Assembly (NCBI RefSeq): GCF_048403405.1 | Contig: NZ_CP183129.1 | Source: Escherichia coli | Lineage (GTDB): Bacteria > Pseudomonadota > Gammaproteobacteria > Enterobacterales > Enterobacteriaceae | Direction: 5' to 3' (one strand) | DNA length: 64,000 nt | In this document: positions 33,779 through 46,532 of the stretch, in pieces | How positions within the stretch are numbered: the first letter of the stretch is position 1 | Layout: every line of letters begins with the position of its first letter | Program-made: the position numbers and the translations under genes | The notes under the pieces: model-generated | What the model saw: only the letters and a program-made list of their open reading frames with translations | The model's database searches: none | What the model was told of the DNA's origin: nothing

Positions 33779-34246
33779 GTGAAGCTGCAACTTGTCGCCG
33801 TGGGAACGAAAATGCCGGACTGGGTACAAACTGGTTTTACCGAGTACCTGCGTCGTTTTCCGAAAGATATGCCCTTCGAGCTGATTGAAATTCCGGCCGG
33901 AAAACGCGGCAAGAATGCGGACATCAAGCGCATACTCGACAAAGAGGGTGAGCAGATGTTGGCGGCCGCAGGCAAAAACCGCATTGTCACCCTCGATATT
34001 CCAGGCAAGCCCTGGGATACGCCGCAGTTAGCCGCTGAGCTGGAACGCTGGAAGCTGGATGGTCGCGACGTCAGTCTACTGATTGGCGGGCCTGAAGGGT
34101 TGTCGCCTGCCTGTAAAGCGGCGGCGGAGCAGAGCTGGTCGCTGTCGGCGCTTACCCTCCCCCATCCGTTGGTTCGCGTGCTGGTCGCAGAGAGTCTGTA
34201 CCGGGCGTGGAGCATCACCACCAACCATCCTTATCACCGTGAGTGA
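33779..34246 (+). CDS. rlmH: 23S rRNA m3-pseudouridine1915 methyltransferase
   Basis: 155 aa; GTG start; recognised as YbeA/RlmH. Confidence 0.9.
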
Positions 34247-34276
34247 TAAGGGAGCTTTGAGTAGAAAACGCAGCGG

Positions 34277-36178
34277 ATGAAACTACAGAACTCTTTTCGC
34301 GACTATACGGCAGAGTCCGCGCTGTTTGTGCGCCGGGCGCTGGTCGCCTTTTTGGGGATTTTGCTGCTGACCGGCGTGCTTATCGCCAACCTGTATAATC
34401 TGCAAATTGTTCGCTTTACCGACTACCAGACCCGCTCTAATGAAAACCGCATTAAGCTGGTGCCTATCGCGCCCAGCCGCGGCATTATCTACGACCGTAA
34501 CGGTATCCCTCTGGCCCTCAACCGCACTATCTACCAGATAGAAATGATGCCGGAGAAAGTCGATAACGTGCAGCAAACGCTGGACGCTTTGCGCAGCGTG
34601 GTTGATCTGACCGATGACGATATTGCTGCATTCCGAAAAGAGCGCGCACGTTCACACCGTTTCACCTCCATTCCGGTGAAAACTAACCTGACCGAAGTAC
34701 AAGTAGCTCGCTTTGCCGTCAATCAGTACCGTTTTCCGGGTGTTGAAGTTAAAGGCTATAAACGTCGTTACTATCCTTACGGTTCGGCGTTGACCCACGT
34801 CATCGGCTATGTGTCGAAAATCAACGATAAAGACGTCGAACGCCTGAATAATGACGGCAAACTGGCCAACTATGCGGCAACGCATGATATCGGTAAGCTG
34901 GGCATTGAGCGTTACTATGAAGACGTGCTGCACGGTCAGACCGGTTATGAAGAGGTTGAAGTTAACAACCGTGGGCGTGTTATCCGCCAGTTAAAAGAAG
35001 TCCCACCGCAAGCCGGACACGATATTTACCTGACGCTGGATCTCAAACTCCAGCAATATATTGAAACGCTGCTGGCGGGTAGCCGCGCAGCGGTGGTAGT
35101 CACCGATCCGCGTACAGGTGGGGTGCTGGCGCTGGTTTCCACGCCTAGTTATGACCCAAACCTGTTTGTTGACGGTATCTCCAGCAAAGATTATTCCGCC
35201 TTGCTGAACGACCCGAATACACCGCTGGTGAACCGCGCTACACAGGGGGTTTATCCTCCCGCGTCTACAGTTAAACCCTATGTGGCGGTTTCGGCATTGA
35301 GCGCCGGAGTGATCACGCGCAATACGACGCTGTTTGACCCAGGCTGGTGGCAACTGCCAGGTTCGGAAAAACGTTATCGTGACTGGAAAAAATGGGGCCA
35401 CGGGCGTCTGAATGTCACAAGATCGCTGGAAGAATCTGCGGATACCTTCTTCTATCAGGTGGCCTACGATATGGGAATCGATCGCCTCTCCGAATGGATG
35501 GGTAAATTCGGTTATGGTCATTACACCGGTATCGACCTGGCGGAAGAACGTTCCGGCAACATGCCTACCCGCGAATGGAAACAGAAACGCTTTAAAAAAC
35601 CGTGGTATCAGGGTGACACCATTCCGGTTGGTATCGGTCAGGGTTACTGGACAGCGACCCCAATCCAGATGAGTAAGGCACTGATGATCCTGATTAATGA
35701 CGGTATCGTGAAGGTTCCGCATTTGCTGATGAGCACCGCCGAAGACGGCAAACAGGTGCCATGGGTACAACCGCATGAACCGCCCGTCGGCGATATTCAT
35801 TCCGGTTACTGGGAGCTGGCGAAAGACGGTATGTACGGTGTTGCTAACCGCCCTAACGGTACGGCGCATAAATACTTTGCCAGCGCACCGTACAAAATTG
35901 CGGCGAAATCCGGTACCGCTCAGGTCTTCGGTCTGAAAGCGAACGAAACCTATAATGCGCACAAAATTGCCGAGCGTTTACGTGACCACAAACTGATGAC
36001 CGCCTTTGCGCCATACAACAATCCGCAAGTCGCTGTCGCCATGATTCTGGAGAACGGCGGTGCGGGTCCGGCGGTTGGTACGCTGATGCGCCAGATCCTC
36101 GACCACATTATGCTGGGTGATAACAACACCGATCTGCCTGCGGAAAATCCAGCGGTTGCCGCAGCGGAGGACCATTAA
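34277..36178 (+). CDS. mrdA: Penicillin-binding protein 2 (elongasome transpeptidase)
   Basis: 633 aa; STVK active-site motif; synteny with rodA. Confidence 0.95.
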   Translation: MKLQNSFRDYTAESALFVRRALVAFLGILLLTGVLIANLYNLQIVRFTDYQTRSNENRIKLVPIAPSRGIIYDRNGIPLALNRTIYQIEMMPEKVDNVQQTLDALRSVVDLTDDDIAAFRKERARSHRFTSIPVKTNLTEVQVARFAVNQYRFPGVEVKGYKRRYYPYGSALTHVIGYVSKINDKDVERLNNDGKLANYAATHDIGKLGIERYYEDVLHGQTGYEEVEVNNRGRVIRQLKEVPPQAGHDIYLTLDLKLQQYIETLLAGSRAAVVVTDPRTGGVLALVSTPSYDPNLFVDGISSKDYSALLNDPNTPLVNRATQGVYPPASTVKPYVAVSALSAGVITRNTTLFDPGWWQLPGSEKRYRDWKKWGHGRLNVTRSLEESADTFFYQVAYDMGIDRLSEWMGKFGYGHYTGIDLAEERSGNMPTREWKQKRFKKPWYQGDTIPVGIGQGYWTATPIQMSKALMILINDGIVKVPHLLMSTAEDGKQVPWVQPHEPPVGDIHSGYWELAKDGMYGVANRPNGTAHKYFASAPYKIAAKSGTAQVFGLKANETYNAHKIAERLRDHKLMTAFAPYNNPQVAVAMILENGGAGPAVGTLMRQILDHIMLGDNNTDLPAENPAVAAAEDH

Positions 36179-36180
36179 TC

Positions 36181-37293
36181 ATGACGGATAATCCGAATAA
36201 AAAAACATTCTGGGATAAAGTCCATCTCGATCCCACAATGCTGCTGATCTTACTGGCATTGCTGGTTTACAGCGCCCTGGTTATCTGGAGCGCCAGCGGT
36301 CAGGATATTGGCATGATGGAGCGTAAAATCGGCCAAATCGCGATGGGTCTGGTCATCATGGTGGTGATGGCGCAAATTCCTCCACGCGTTTATGAAGGCT
36401 GGGCCCCCTATCTCTATATCATCTGTATTATTTTGCTGGTGGCGGTAGATGCTTTCGGTGCCATCTCTAAAGGCGCTCAACGCTGGCTGGACCTCGGTAT
36501 TGTTCGTTTTCAGCCGTCGGAAATTGCCAAAATAGCCGTACCACTGATGGTTGCGCGCTTTATCAACCGCGACGTTTGCCCGCCATCGTTGAAGAACACA
36601 GGCATCGCGCTAGTGCTGATATTTATGCCCACGCTGCTGGTGGCTGCACAGCCTGACCTGGGGACATCAATCCTCGTTGCGCTTTCCGGTCTGTTTGTAC
36701 TGTTCCTCTCTGGCCTTAGCTGGCGTCTGATTGGCGTCGCAGTAGTGCTGGTAGCGGCGTTCATTCCGATTCTGTGGTTCTTCCTGATGCATGATTACCA
36801 GCGCCAGCGCGTAATGATGCTCCTGGACCCGGAATCAGACCCACTCGGCGCGGGCTATCACATTATTCAGTCTAAAATTGCTATTGGCTCCGGCGGATTA
36901 CGCGGCAAAGGCTGGCTGCATGGCACTCAGTCACAACTTGAATTTCTCCCCGAACGCCATACCGACTTTATCTTCGCGGTACTGGCGGAAGAGCTGGGAT
37001 TAGTGGGCATTTTGATTCTGCTCGCTCTCTACATTCTGCTGATCATGCGCGGGCTGTGGATAGCCGCCAGAGCGCAAACCACCTTTGGTCGCGTCATGGC
37101 TGGCGGCTTAATGCTGATATTATTCGTTTATGTCTTCGTAAATATTGGTATGGTAAGCGGTATTCTGCCGGTTGTAGGGGTTCCGCTCCCACTGGTCAGT
37201 TATGGAGGATCGGCGCTAATTGTGCTGATGGCTGGGTTCGGGATTGTAATGTCAATCCACACCCACAGGAAAATGTTGTCGAAAAGCGTGTAA
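36181..37293 (+). CDS. mrdB: SEDS-family peptidoglycan polymerase RodA
   Basis: 370 aa polytopic; synteny. Confidence 0.95.
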   Translation: MTDNPNKKTFWDKVHLDPTMLLILLALLVYSALVIWSASGQDIGMMERKIGQIAMGLVIMVVMAQIPPRVYEGWAPYLYIICIILLVAVDAFGAISKGAQRWLDLGIVRFQPSEIAKIAVPLMVARFINRDVCPPSLKNTGIALVLIFMPTLLVAAQPDLGTSILVALSGLFVLFLSGLSWRLIGVAVVLVAAFIPILWFFLMHDYQRQRVMMLLDPESDPLGAGYHIIQSKIAIGSGGLRGKGWLHGTQSQLEFLPERHTDFIFAVLAEELGLVGILILLALYILLIMRGLWIAARAQTTFGRVMAGGLMLILFVYVFVNIGMVSGILPVVGVPLPLVSYGGSALIVLMAGFGIVMSIHTHRKMLSKSV

Positions 37294-37303
37294 GAGGTGC
37301 GCA

Positions 37304-38392
37304 ATGCGTAAGCAGTGGCTCGGGATCTGCATCGCGGCAGGAATGCTCGCGGCATGTACAAGCGATGATGGTCAGCAACAGACGGTAAGTGTACCGCAGC
37401 CTGCGGTATGTAACGGCCCCATAGTTGAAATTAGCGGGGCGGACCCGCGTTTCGAACCACTGAACGCGACGGCAAATCAGGATTACCAGCGCGACGGTAA
37501 AAGCTACAAAATCGTGCAGGATCCGTCTCGATTTAGCCAGGCGGGACTGGCGGCAATCTATGATGCCGAACCCGGCAGTAACCTGACGGCCTCTGGCGAA
37601 GCATTCGATCCGACACAGCTGACAGCGGCCCATCCAACGCTTCCGATCCCCAGCTACGCCAGAATCACTAACCTGGCTAACGGGCGAATGATCGTGGTGC
37701 GCATTAATGATCGCGGTCCTTACGGCAACGACCGCGTTATTTCGCTTTCTCGCGCGGCAGCTGACCGTCTTAACACGTCAAACAACACCAAAGTTCGTAT
37801 CGATCCGATTATTGTCGCCCAGGATGGTTCGCTTTCTGGTCCTGGTATGGCCTGTACCACAGTTGCCAAACAGACTTACGCCCTGCCTGCACCTCCCGAT
37901 TTAAGCGGCGGCGCGGGAACAAATTCAGTGTCTGGCCCGCAGGGTGACATTCTTCCGGTCAGTAATTCGACGCTAAAAAGCGAAGATCCGACCGGCGCGC
38001 CGGTAACCAGCAGCGGTTTCCTCGGCGCACCAACGACCTTAGCGCCTGGTGTTCTGGAAGGCAGCGAACCAACACCTGCACCACAGCCCGTTGTTACAGC
38101 TCCGGCGACAACGCCTGCAACCACGCCTGCAATGGTGACACCGCAAGCCACCTCGCAAAGCGCCAGCGGCAACTTTATGGTGCAAGTCGGAGCCGTTAGC
38201 GATCAGGCTCGTGCGCAACAGTACCAACAGCAACTGGGACAGAAGTTCGGCGTCCCCGGTCGCGTAACTCAAAATGGCGCAGTCTGGCGGATCCAGCTTG
38301 GCCCATTCGCCAGCAAAGCCGAAGCCAGTACCTTGCAGCAACGTTTGCAAACCGAAGCCCAATTACAGTCATTTATTACCACCGCGCAGTAG
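37304..38392 (+). CDS. rlpA: Rare lipoprotein A (lytic transglycosylase-like, C-terminal SPOR domain)
   Basis: 362 aa; lipobox LAAC; Pro/Thr-rich linker; C-terminal SPOR-like domain. Confidence 0.92.
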   Translation: MRKQWLGICIAAGMLAACTSDDGQQQTVSVPQPAVCNGPIVEISGADPRFEPLNATANQDYQRDGKSYKIVQDPSRFSQAGLAAIYDAEPGSNLTASGEAFDPTQLTAAHPTLPIPSYARITNLANGRMIVVRINDRGPYGNDRVISLSRAAADRLNTSNNTKVRIDPIIVAQDGSLSGPGMACTTVAKQTYALPAPPDLSGGAGTNSVSGPQGDILPVSNSTLKSEDPTGAPVTSSGFLGAPTTLAPGVLEGSEPTPAPQPVVTAPATTPATTPAMVTPQATSQSASGNFMVQVGAVSDQARAQQYQQQLGQKFGVPGRVTQNGAVWRIQLGPFASKAEASTLQQRLQTEAQLQSFITTAQ

Positions 38393-38531
38393 CGTAAAGC
38401 AGGCATCTGATGTGTCAATTTCTGTAAATGACGTTAACAAAGTCACGCGGAAAGTCAGATGCCTGCCGGTAGTGCATTTGCTATAGTAGGGCACTTTTTT
38501 TAATTCCATCACGGATGTCGTAGTTCAGACC

Positions 38532-39743
38532 ATGAATACCATTTTTTCCGCTCGTATCATGAAGCGCCTGGCGCTCACCACGGCTCTTTGCACAGCCTTT
38601 ATCTCTGCTGCACATGCCGATGACCTGAATATTAAAACTATGATCCCGGGTGTACCGCAGATCGATGCGGAGTCCTACATCCTGATTGACTATAACTCCG
38701 GCAAAGTGCTCGCCGAACAGAACGCAGATGTCCGCCGCGATCCTGCCAGCCTGACCAAAATGATGACCAGTTACGTTATCGGCCAGGCAATGAAAGCCGG
38801 TAAATTTAAAGAAACTGATTTAGTCACCATCGGTAACGACGCATGGGCTACCGGTAACCCGGTGTTTAAAGGTTCTTCGCTGATGTTCCTCAAACCGGGC
38901 ATGCAGGTTCCGGTTTCTCAGCTGATCCGCGGTATTAACCTGCAATCGGGTAACGATGCTTGTGTCGCCATGGCCGATTTTGCCGCTGGTAGCCAGGACG
39001 CTTTTGTTGGCTTGATGAACAGCTACGTTAACGCACTGGGACTGAAAAATACCCACTTCCAGACGGTACATGGTCTGGATGCTGATGGTCAGTACAGCTC
39101 CGCGCGAGATATGGCGCTGATCGGCCAGGCGTTGATCCGTGACGTACCGAATGAATACTCGATCTATAAAGAAAAAGAATTTACGTTTAACGGTATTCGC
39201 CAGCTGAACCGTAACGGTCTGTTATGGGATAACAGCCTGAATGTCGACGGCATCAAAACCGGACACACTGACAAAGCAGGTTACAACCTTGTTGCTTCTG
39301 CGACTGAAGGCCAGATGCGCTTGATCTCTGCGGTGATGGGCGGACGTACTTTTAAAGGCCGTGAAGCCGAAAGTAAAAAACTGCTGACCTGGGGCTTCCG
39401 TTTCTTCGAAACCGTTAACCCACTGAAAGTAGGTAAAGAGTTCGCCTCTGAACCGGTTTGGTTTGGTGATTCTGATCGCGCTTCGTTAGGTGTTGATAAA
39501 GACGTGTATCTGACCATTCCGCGTGGCCGCATGAAAGATCTGAAAGCCAGCTATGTGCTGAACAGCAGTGAATTGCATGCGCCGCTGCAAAAGAATCAGG
39601 TCGTCGGTACTATCAACTTCCAGCTTGATGGCAAAACGATCGAACAACGCCCGCTGGTTGTGCTGCAAGAAATCCCGGAAGGCAACTTCTTCGGCAAAAT
39701 CATTGATTACATTAAATTAATGTTCCATCACTGGTTTGGTTAA
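38532..39743 (+). CDS. dacA: D-alanyl-D-alanine carboxypeptidase PBP5
   Basis: 403 aa; signal peptide; SLTK active-site motif. Confidence 0.93.
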
Positions 39744-39852
39744 AAATCGAACACTTGAAAGTGTAATTTCCGTCCCCATATACTAAGCATCAGTAAAAAA
39801 CTCCCGCCTTCTGGCGGGAGTTGCTATTTAATTACGTTACGCCGGAGCTGAC

Positions 39853-40116
39853 ATGAAAACCAAACTTAACGAACTGCTTGAATTCCCTACTCCTTTTACT
39901 TACAAAGTTATGGGGCAGGCGTTACCTGAGCTGGTTGATCAGGTGGTTGAAGTGGTACAGCGCCATGCGCCAGGTGACTACACCCCAACGGTAAAACCAA
40001 GCAGCAAAGGCAACTACCACTCGGTATCTATCACTATCAACGCTACTCATATCGAGCAGGTTGAAACACTGTATGAAGAACTGGGCAAAATCGATATTGT
40101 CCGCATGGTTCTGTAA
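39853..40116 (+). CDS. ybeD: UPF0250 protein YbeD
   Basis: 87 aa; conserved position upstream of lipB. Confidence 0.88.
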
Positions 40117-40216
40117 CTCGCTTCTCCGTTACCCGGCTCCTGGTCGGGTAACTCCCCTCTCCTCGCTGTGATATACTTTTCCCCCACTTTTACTCATTCT
40201 CCACGGAGATGCCGTT

Positions 40217-40858
40217 TTGTATCAGGATAAAATTCTTGTCCGCCAGCTCGGTCTTCAGCCTTACGAGCCAATCTCCCAGGCTATGCATGAATTCACCGAT
40301 ACCCGCGATGAAAGTACCCTTGATGAAATCTGGCTGGTCGAGCACTATCCGGTATTTACCCAAGGGCAGGCAGGAAAAGCGGAGCACATTTTAATGCCGG
40401 GTGATATTCCGGTGATTCAGAGCGATCGCGGTGGGCAGGTGACTTATCACGGGCCGGGGCAACAGGTGATGTATGTGTTGCTTAACCTGAAACGCCGTAA
40501 ACTCGGTGTGCGTGAACTGGTGACCTTGCTTGAGCAAACAGTGGTGAATACCCTGGCTGAACTGGGTATAGAAGCGCATCCTCGGGCTGACGCGCCTGGT
40601 GTCTATGTCGGGGAAAAGAAAATTTGCTCACTGGGTTTACGTATTCGACGCGGTTGTTCATTCCACGGTCTGGCATTAAACGTCAATATGGATCTTTCAC
40701 CATTTTTACGTATTAATCCTTGTGGGTATGCCGGAATGGAAATGGCTAAAATATCACAATGGAAACCCGAAGCGACGACTAATAATATTGCACCGCGTTT
40801 ACTGGAAAATATTTTAGCGCTACTAAACAATCCTGACTTCGAATATATTACCGCTTAA
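40217..40858 (+). CDS. lipB: Octanoyltransferase (lipoyl(octanoyl) transferase)
   Basis: 213 aa; TTG start; recognised as LipB. Confidence 0.92.
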   Translation: MYQDKILVRQLGLQPYEPISQAMHEFTDTRDESTLDEIWLVEHYPVFTQGQAGKAEHILMPGDIPVIQSDRGGQVTYHGPGQQVMYVLLNLKRRKLGVRELVTLLEQTVVNTLAELGIEAHPRADAPGVYVGEKKICSLGLRIRRGCSFHGLALNVNMDLSPFLRINPCGYAGMEMAKISQWKPEATTNNIAPRLLENILALLNNPDFEYITA

Positions 40859-41117
40859 TTGCATACATCAATGGCCCAATTTACACTGGGTCATTACTCA
40901 TAATACCTGCTAATGCTTTACATCTCCTTCGCGTTTGTATATTTTCTTTATCACTTGCAGAAATGCGATGCTACGCCTTGCTCCGTAACTCACCCCATTG
41001 ATTAACTTATTGAAATAGTTGATTATGGTGAGCAAAAGCGTTCCGTTCCAATTAGACATAAGATTATTGTAATTTTTTTTAATATTATTTTTCCATGAAT
41101 AAAATTGGAGTAAGTGC

Positions 41118-42071
41118 GTGGATAGTAATAATCAAATTGAAACCTGTTTAAGCAGAAAGTCGTCAGAAGATAAACCACAAATATTTACAACCTTACGAAA
41201 TATTGATCTTAACCTTCTGACTATTTTTGAAGCTGTATATGTACATAAAGGGATCGTTAATGCAGCGAAAGTGCTTAATCTGACACCCTCGGCAATCAGT
41301 CAGTCTATTCAGAAACTGCGCGTTATATTCCCTGACCCATTGTTTATTCGCAAAGGCCAGGGTGTCACTCCTACCGCATTTGCGATGCATCTACATGAGT
41401 ATATCAGTCAGGGCCTTGAGTCCATTCTTGGCGCGCTGGATATCGAAGGAAGCTATGATAAGCAACGAACGATAACCATTGCGACCACCCCCTCGGTCGG
41501 AGCCCTGGTCCTTCCTGTCATCTATCGGGCGATTAAATCTCACTATCCGCAGCTTTTACTGCGCAACCCCCCCATCAGCGACGCGGAAAACCAACTCAGT
41601 CAGTTTCAAACCGATCTCATCATCGATAACATGTTTTGCACCAATCGTACGGTGCAACATCATGTTCTGTTCACCGACAATATGGTGTTAATTTGCCGCG
41701 AGGGAAATCCACTACTCTCTTTAGAAGATGACAGGGAGACTATCGACAACGCTGCGCATATACTCCTGTTACCGGAAGGGCAAAATTTCAGCGGTCTGCG
41801 GCAGAGAGTTCAAGAGATGTTTCCGGACCGGCAAATCAGTTTCACCAGCTACAACATTTTGACAATCGCTGCACTGGTTGCCAACAGTGACATGTTAGCG
41901 ATTATTCCCAGCCGTTTTTATAACCTGTTTAGCCGTTGCTGGCCGCTGGAAAAACTGCCTTTTCCGTCCTTAAATGAGGAGCAAATAGATTTCTCTATCC
42001 ACTACAACAAATTCAGCCTGCGTGATCCCATCCTGCACGGGGTAATAGATGTTATCCGTAATGCATTTTGA
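41118..42071 (+). CDS. ybeF: LysR-family transcriptional regulator
   Basis: 317 aa; N-terminal LysR HTH (LTPSAISQSIQKLR). Confidence 0.85.
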   Translation: MDSNNQIETCLSRKSSEDKPQIFTTLRNIDLNLLTIFEAVYVHKGIVNAAKVLNLTPSAISQSIQKLRVIFPDPLFIRKGQGVTPTAFAMHLHEYISQGLESILGALDIEGSYDKQRTITIATTPSVGALVLPVIYRAIKSHYPQLLLRNPPISDAENQLSQFQTDLIIDNMFCTNRTVQHHVLFTDNMVLICREGNPLLSLEDDRETIDNAAHILLLPEGQNFSGLRQRVQEMFPDRQISFTSYNILTIAALVANSDMLAIIPSRFYNLFSRCWPLEKLPFPSLNEEQIDFSIHYNKFSLRDPILHGVIDVIRNAF

Positions 42072-42279
42072 AAAAGTATTGTTACAGCCAGATCACAGCG
42101 AAGAACGAAAAAATGGCACAATCCAACAACAATTTTACATTTTCGCGACCGCTTTGGCTGCTTTCAGGTCCGTTTCAATGATATACTGCCAGTCGTTAAT
42201 TCAAAAATAGTTGATAATTACAACAATCTATTGAATTGAAACGCTTTCCTTCGTAATTCGCAACTGGAACACGCACGCT

Positions 42280-43245
42280 ATGAGTAAACCCATTGTGATG
42301 GAACGCGGTGTTAAATACCGCGATGCCGATAAGATGGCCCTTATCCCGGTTAAAAACGTGGCAACAGAGCGCGAAGCCCTGCTGCGCAAGCCGGAATGGA
42401 TGAAAATCAAGCTTCCAGCGGACTCTACACGTATCCAGGGCATCAAAGCCGCAATGCGCAAAAATGGCCTGCATTCTGTCTGCGAGGAAGCCTCCTGCCC
42501 TAACCTGGCGGAATGCTTCAACCACGGCACAGCAACGTTTATGATCCTCGGCGCTATTTGTACCCGCCGTTGTCCGTTCTGTGACGTTGCCCACGGTCGC
42601 CCGGTAGCTCCGGATGCCAATGAACCAGTGAAACTGGCGCAGACCATTGCCGATATGGCGCTGCGTTATGTGGTTATCACCTCCGTTGACCGTGATGACC
42701 TGCGCGATGGCGGTGCCCAACACTTTGCGGATTGCATTACTGCCATTCGGGAAAAAAGCCCGCAAATCAAAATTGAAACTCTGGTGCCGGATTTCCGCGG
42801 TCGTATGGATCGTGCTCTGGATATTCTGACCGCCACACCACCAGATGTATTCAACCATAACCTGGAAAACGTACCGCGTATTTACCGTCAGGTACGGCCT
42901 GGTGCGGATTACAACTGGTCGCTGAAGCTGCTGGAACGCTTTAAAGAAGCGCATCCGGAAATCCCGACCAAGTCTGGTCTGATGGTGGGTCTGGGTGAAA
43001 CCAATGAAGAAATTATTGAGGTAATGCGCGACCTGCGCCGTCATGGTGTGACGATGCTAACGCTGGGGCAATATTTGCAGCCAAGCCGCCATCACCTGCC
43101 GGTTCAACGTTACGTTAGCCCGGATGAGTTCGACGAAATGAAAGCCGAAGCGCTGGCGATGGGCTTTACCCATGCTGCATGCGGTCCGTTTGTCCGCTCG
43201 TCTTACCACGCCGATTTGCAGGCGAAAGGGATGGAAGTTAAGTAA
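42280..43245 (+). CDS. lipA: Lipoyl synthase (radical SAM)
   Basis: 321 aa; CPNLAEC and CTRRCPFC cysteine clusters. Confidence 0.95.
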
Positions 43246-43275
43246 TCCTGTAATAATTACTTACATCTATCTGAT

Positions 43276-43306
43276 AAAAAACCCGCTTTTTGAAGCGGGT
43301 TTTTTT
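43276..43306. terminator. Bidirectional terminator between lipA and tatE
   Basis: AAAAA-ACCCGCTT-tttg-AAGCGGGT-TTTTTT. Confidence 0.7.
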
Positions 43307-43346
43307 GTATCGAACAAGATATTGAGGGAGCGTCCTGCTCGCCACG

Positions 43347-43550
43347 TCACTCTTTATGAGAGAGCTTTTCAGCCTGAAGATCAACGTCTGCGCCTTTTTT
43401 CGCCGCAGCATCGTCATCATTCATCGCCTTCTTGAACCCTTTAATGGCCGCTCCAAGGTCTCCGCCCAGCGTACGTAACTTCTTAGTCCCAAACAGCAGA
43501 ACGACCAGCGCCGCAACTACCAGCAGTTTGGTAATACTAATCTCACCCAT
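43347..43550 (-). CDS. tatE: Sec-independent protein translocase TatE
   Basis: 67 aa; recognised as TatE (TatA paralog). Confidence 0.92.
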   Translation of the reverse strand: MGEISITKLLVVAALVVLLFGTKKLRTLGGDLGAAIKGFKKAMNDDDAAAKKGADVDLQAEKLSHKE

Positions 43551-43678
43551 AGATACCTTCTTGACATATAACCGGCAACAGAACGCGCCTTAAAAACCAG
43601 AGAATATTAACGGTCATTCGACGCGCGCACACAATAGCAATCTGTAACAAGGTGAATCAAGCGCCGAGTAAAAAAACA

Positions 43679-44473
43679 TCATAATAATTGCGGCGGCGCA
43701 AAGCGACGGTTGTTTAAAACGGGAAGTTGCGCGCGCACCTGACGCACACGTTCGGGCGTCACTTCCGCCATAATGAGTGCAGGCATTTCTGACGCTGCCG
43801 CAATGGTGACGCCAAAGGGATCTATAATCCGGCTTTGCCCGATATTTTTGTTCCCGCACTCCCCCGCCGCCACCATATAACAGGTGGTATCCAGCGCACG
43901 AGCGGCAAGCAACGTTGACCAGTGATGCTCTTTGAGCGGCCCACGAACCCAGGCGGCAGGAAGTACCAGGATTTCAGCTCCCTGTAATGCCTGTGCCAGC
44001 GCCAGCTCTGGAAAGCGTAAGTCATAACAGGTCATCAGACCGACCTTCATCCCTTCCACCTCCAGTAACGGAGCTATTTCATTACCAGCATCAACATGGC
44101 GTGATTCCTGAATGGCAAATGCATCATAGAGATGCAGTTTGGCATAACGGGCGACGATGTTTCCTGCCTGTAGCGCCACCAGCATATTCCATGCGCGCCC
44201 CGGCGTTGAAGGAACATGAATCGTCAGAATTGTCGTCATCATGTTACGTTTACTTTCTCGCCGTAAACGTCCGAGGAATTCGCCTTCCAGCAGCTGTGCT
44301 GATTTAACCGATAGATCTGCATCATGATCATCGCGCGCCAGCAATGCTTCCGGCAGGACAAACAGCGATACGTCGTTTTCCGCCGCCTGCGCCATCAACG
44401 AGGCACAAATCTCAGCGTTCTTTTCCCACACAGATGTAACAGCAAACTGTCCTGCGGCAACCAGCATTGCCAC
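43679..44473 (-). CDS. ybeM: C-N hydrolase (nitrilase superfamily) protein, apparently intact
   Basis: 264-aa uninterrupted ORF at the position of ybeM, which I recall as a pseudogene in K-12. Confidence 0.7.
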   Translation of the reverse strand: MAMLVAAGQFAVTSVWEKNAEICASLMAQAAENDVSLFVLPEALLARDDHDADLSVKSAQLLEGEFLGRLRRESKRNMMTTILTIHVPSTPGRAWNMLVALQAGNIVARYAKLHLYDAFAIQESRHVDAGNEIAPLLEVEGMKVGLMTCYDLRFPELALAQALQGAEILVLPAAWVRGPLKEHHWSTLLAARALDTTCYMVAAGECGNKNIGQSRIIDPFGVTIAAASEMPALIMAEVTPERVRQVRAQLPVLNNRRFAPPQLL

Positions 44474-44562
44474 CTCCTCCTGTCAGAGTCGTAAAATTCG
44501 CCAACGGCGATTATTCGGCGTTACACTTATCACTCATACAAATCAAATAGCAGGATTTTGCA

Positions 44563-44946
44563 GTGTTACAACTTCTTTTAGCAGTTTTTATTGGCGGTGG
44601 TACGGGAAGCGTGGCGAGATGGCTGTTAAGTATGCGATTTAACCCGCTGCATCAAGCGATTCCGTTGGGGACGCTGGCTGCAAACCTGATTGGGGCATTC
44701 ATCATAGGAATGGGATTCGCCTGGTTTAGCAGGATGACGAACATTGATCCAGTGTGGAAAGTATTAATCACCACCGGATTTTGTGGCGGTCTAACAACCT
44801 TCTCAACATTTTCGGCAGAAGTGGTGTTTTTGTTACAAGAGGGCCGCTTTGGCTGGGCGTTACTGAACGTTTTCGTCAACCTTTTGGGGTCTTTTGCCAT
44901 GACCGCACTGGCTTTCTGGCTGTTTTCCGCCTCAACCGCACACTAA
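44563..44946 (+). CDS. crcB: Fluoride channel CrcB/FluC
   Basis: 127 aa; GTG start; small four-helix membrane protein. Confidence 0.9.
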
Positions 44947-44951
44947 AGACC

Positions 44952-44980
44952 AAAAAAAACCCGCTGATTAAGCGGGTTTT
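44952..44980. terminator. Bidirectional terminator between crcB and cspE
   Basis: A-tract, CCCGCT-gatta-AGCGGG hairpin, T-tract. Confidence 0.65.
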
Positions 44981-44999
44981 GAATTCTTGCTGACGTATC

Positions 45000-45209
45000 T
45001 TACAGAGCGATTACGTTTGCAGCAGAAGGGCCTTTGGCACCGTTAGTGATTTCGAACTCTACGCGCTGACCTTCAGCAAGAGTTTTAAAACCATTAGTCT
45101 GGATTGCAGAGAAGTGTACGAACACGTCTTTGCTGCCGTCTTCCGGAGTAATGAAACCGAATCCTTTGGACTCATTAAACCACTTAACGTTACCTTTAAT
45201 CTTAGACAT
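45000..45209 (-). CDS. cspE: Cold-shock-domain protein CspE
   Basis: 69 aa from [20 protein letters not shown]; ORF-track N-terminal extension rejected. Confidence 0.95.
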
Positions 45210-45383
45210 CAAAATTACCTTTACATGAAAAATAGACACAAATGCTGTGTCGGTTACCAGTACACCAATTGTGGTACGCTTTGTCCAGTGCAACTTTACT
45301 AAAAAGTGATAAAAGTCGCGTTATTTTTGATGTTACTTATTTTAGTTATTGATTTTAAAGAAGTTACTAAAACTTCATTTGTC

Positions 45384-45944
45384 TCAAAACTGAAAGCGCA
45401 TCCAGGCAAAGTACACATTGCCATTGTTGTAGGTACCCGGAATGTAGGTCATCTGAAAAGTCACTGGGCCATAACCCACGGAGGCCAATGGCAGTAGAAC
45501 CGGGAGAGGGATGTAATTCCAGTTATCGCGTGCCGTTACGCCAGCGGTGAATCCCAGACCTAAATGAAAATTTTCATCCGCCAGCGGTCGCCAGGTACTT
45601 TCCCATCCGTATCCGGCAATCGGTTCCCATTTGTTCCACGAGTCCTTAAATGCCATGGCATACAGGCCATGCCAGTTTCCTTTTTCATCCCAACGCGACT
45701 GACCAAAACCGCCACCCCACGGTCGCTCGTTATAGCGATCGGTTTTTTCTTTGTCGTAAGCGAAACGTGCATGCCAGGTGATGGCAGGAATATATAAATC
45801 ATAATGTTCAGGCTGTTGCCAGGTTTGTGCAATATTTTCTCTAAACGTTGTCATCCACTCATCTGCGTTAGCAAAAACTTTACCAACGCTGATTAACTGA
45901 ATAAAAACAAAGGAAAAGATAGCGACATATTGACTCACGTTCAT
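45384..45944 (-). CDS. pagP: Lipid A palmitoyltransferase PagP
   Basis: 186 aa from an internal ATG (MNVS...) with signal peptide; outer-membrane beta-barrel enzyme. Confidence 0.9.
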   Translation of the reverse strand: MNVSQYVAIFSFVFIQLISVGKVFANADEWMTTFRENIAQTWQQPEHYDLYIPAITWHARFAYDKEKTDRYNERPWGGGFGQSRWDEKGNWHGLYAMAFKDSWNKWEPIAGYGWESTWRPLADENFHLGLGFTAGVTARDNWNYIPLPVLLPLASVGYGPVTFQMTYIPGTYNNGNVYFAWMRFQF

Positions 45945-46532
45945 TTGTGACCATAAAACATTTATCAAAAATCTACTACTAGCATAGCAAAGCTACAATT
46001 AACATAACCTTAATAGCCCCAACATGAAGAATAATCTGAATAGCTGCTCTATTTATTTCCGCTTGTTCAAGATAAATATTTCCGCGCATCGATTAAAGAT
46101 GATTCGTCGTTTTCTGCGATGGGAATAGTCAAAAAAGAAAAACCAAGTATTTTTTGATGACAAAATGCAACCAAGGAAAAATTTCTTTATTTTTTAATTG
46201 GATACAAAAATCACCTTAACGAAGAATATAATATATATCGTCAACCCATGCTCATGGCAGATTATTTTCTGAGCACGCAACCGCAGCTAACACCATTGCT
46301 ATTAACAAATTTGCATCAATCCGCCATCAATTTACACACATTATTATGTGGTAATTGCCAAACGCTAAATATGCGTTTTGTTATCTATGTATAAAAACAG
46401 CAACTTCAATGTCTTAATGGCAGTTTTTCTTGATTTTAATCAGCATTCACCGCCAATTTATTGGGCATATTTTTTCCTTAAGTTTTAGGAATTTTTTATT
46501 ATTTACTTTGGGGCCTGGAGACAGGAAAAATT

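Noticed and set aside
34991-35962. 323-aa minus-strand ORF inside mrdA
   Set aside because: Antisense to the PBP2 gene; no independent support.
38040-38170. Short Pro/Thr/Ala-rich repeats (PATTPATTPA) on the nucleotide level
   Set aside because: This is the low-complexity linker of RlpA between its lipoprotein N-terminus and SPOR domain, not a repeat element.
42196-43044. 282-aa minus-strand ORF inside lipA
   Set aside because: Antisense to lipA, whose radical-SAM motifs are unambiguous.
43614-43859. 81-aa minus-strand ORF overlapping the 3' end of ybeM
   Set aside because: Alternative frame within or adjacent to ybeM; no independent support.
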